Assembly (NCBI RefSeq): GCF_006345805.1
Contig: NC_043017.1
Coordinates: 18,290,001 to 18,354,000, forward strand
From: Octopus sinensis
Lineage: Eukaryota
Direction of reading: 5' to 3'
DNA length: 64,000 bases
Positions 63,655-64,000 of this stretch are shown piece by piece; positions within the stretch are counted from its first letter, which is position 1, and the number at the start of each line of letters is the position of its first letter. Both the position numbers and the translations under genes were made by a program. The notes beneath the pieces were generated by a model, which was given only the letters and a program-made list of their open reading frames with translations, had not been told where the DNA came from and ran no database searches.

Positions 63655-64000
63655 ATATATAGGTGCAGGAGTGGCTTTGAGGTAAGAAGCTCGCTTTCCC
63701 ACCACATGGTTCCAAGTTCAGTCCTACTGCATGACACTCTGGGCAAGTGTTTTCTACTATAGCCTTGGGCCAACCAAAAACCTTGTGAGTGGATTTGGTT
63801 GATGAAAACTGAGAGAAGCCCAACGTATATATATATGTATATGTGTGTGACTGTGTGTGTGTGTATGTATTTCTTTTTGCCCCCCCCCCTACCACTACCA
63901 ATATCGCTTGATGTCCAATATTGGTGTGTTTATGTCCCTGTAACTTAGCGGCTCAGCAAAAGACACCGATAGAATAAGTACTAGGTTTACAAAGAATAAG
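63655..64000 (+). mobile_element. Copy of the abundant SINE, truncated by the window edge
   Basis: aggtgcaggagtggct...gatagaataagtactagg. Confidence 0.9.

Overview
AT-rich eukaryotic DNA packed with microsatellites. The repeat families (tRNA-head SINEs, RTE LINE 3' ends with (GAT)n tails, Penelope-like elements) are ones I recognise from Octopus; that assignment is by recognition, not a search. Host genes: (1) a minus-strand ODF2/cenexin-like gene with three in-phase exons (11502-11622, 9578-9712, 1985-2104) that continues off the left edge, with a candidate FoxJ1+RFX ciliary promoter near 29.77 kb; (2) a candidate 82-aa single-TM small protein on the minus strand (38328-38576); (3) a weaker unidentified plus-strand gene (candidate exons 47631-47653 and 56827-56929). 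The rest is mostly decayed transposons: RTE, RTEX, R4, CRE-like and Penelope retroelements, Tc1/mariner, Tigger, hAT and MULE remnants, and SINEs. The most notable hidden structure is RNA-level: six type-I hammerhead-like folds plus one half motif, mostly in apparently different Penelope-type termini; an HDV-like fold at the 5' end of an internally deleted RTE; several long fold-back inverted repeats; and a 5S rRNA pseudogene sitting 12 nt upstream of a tRNA/CORE SINE. Almost all long ORFs in the supplied track are microsatellite or antisense-transposon artefacts. All folds and alignments were done by eye.
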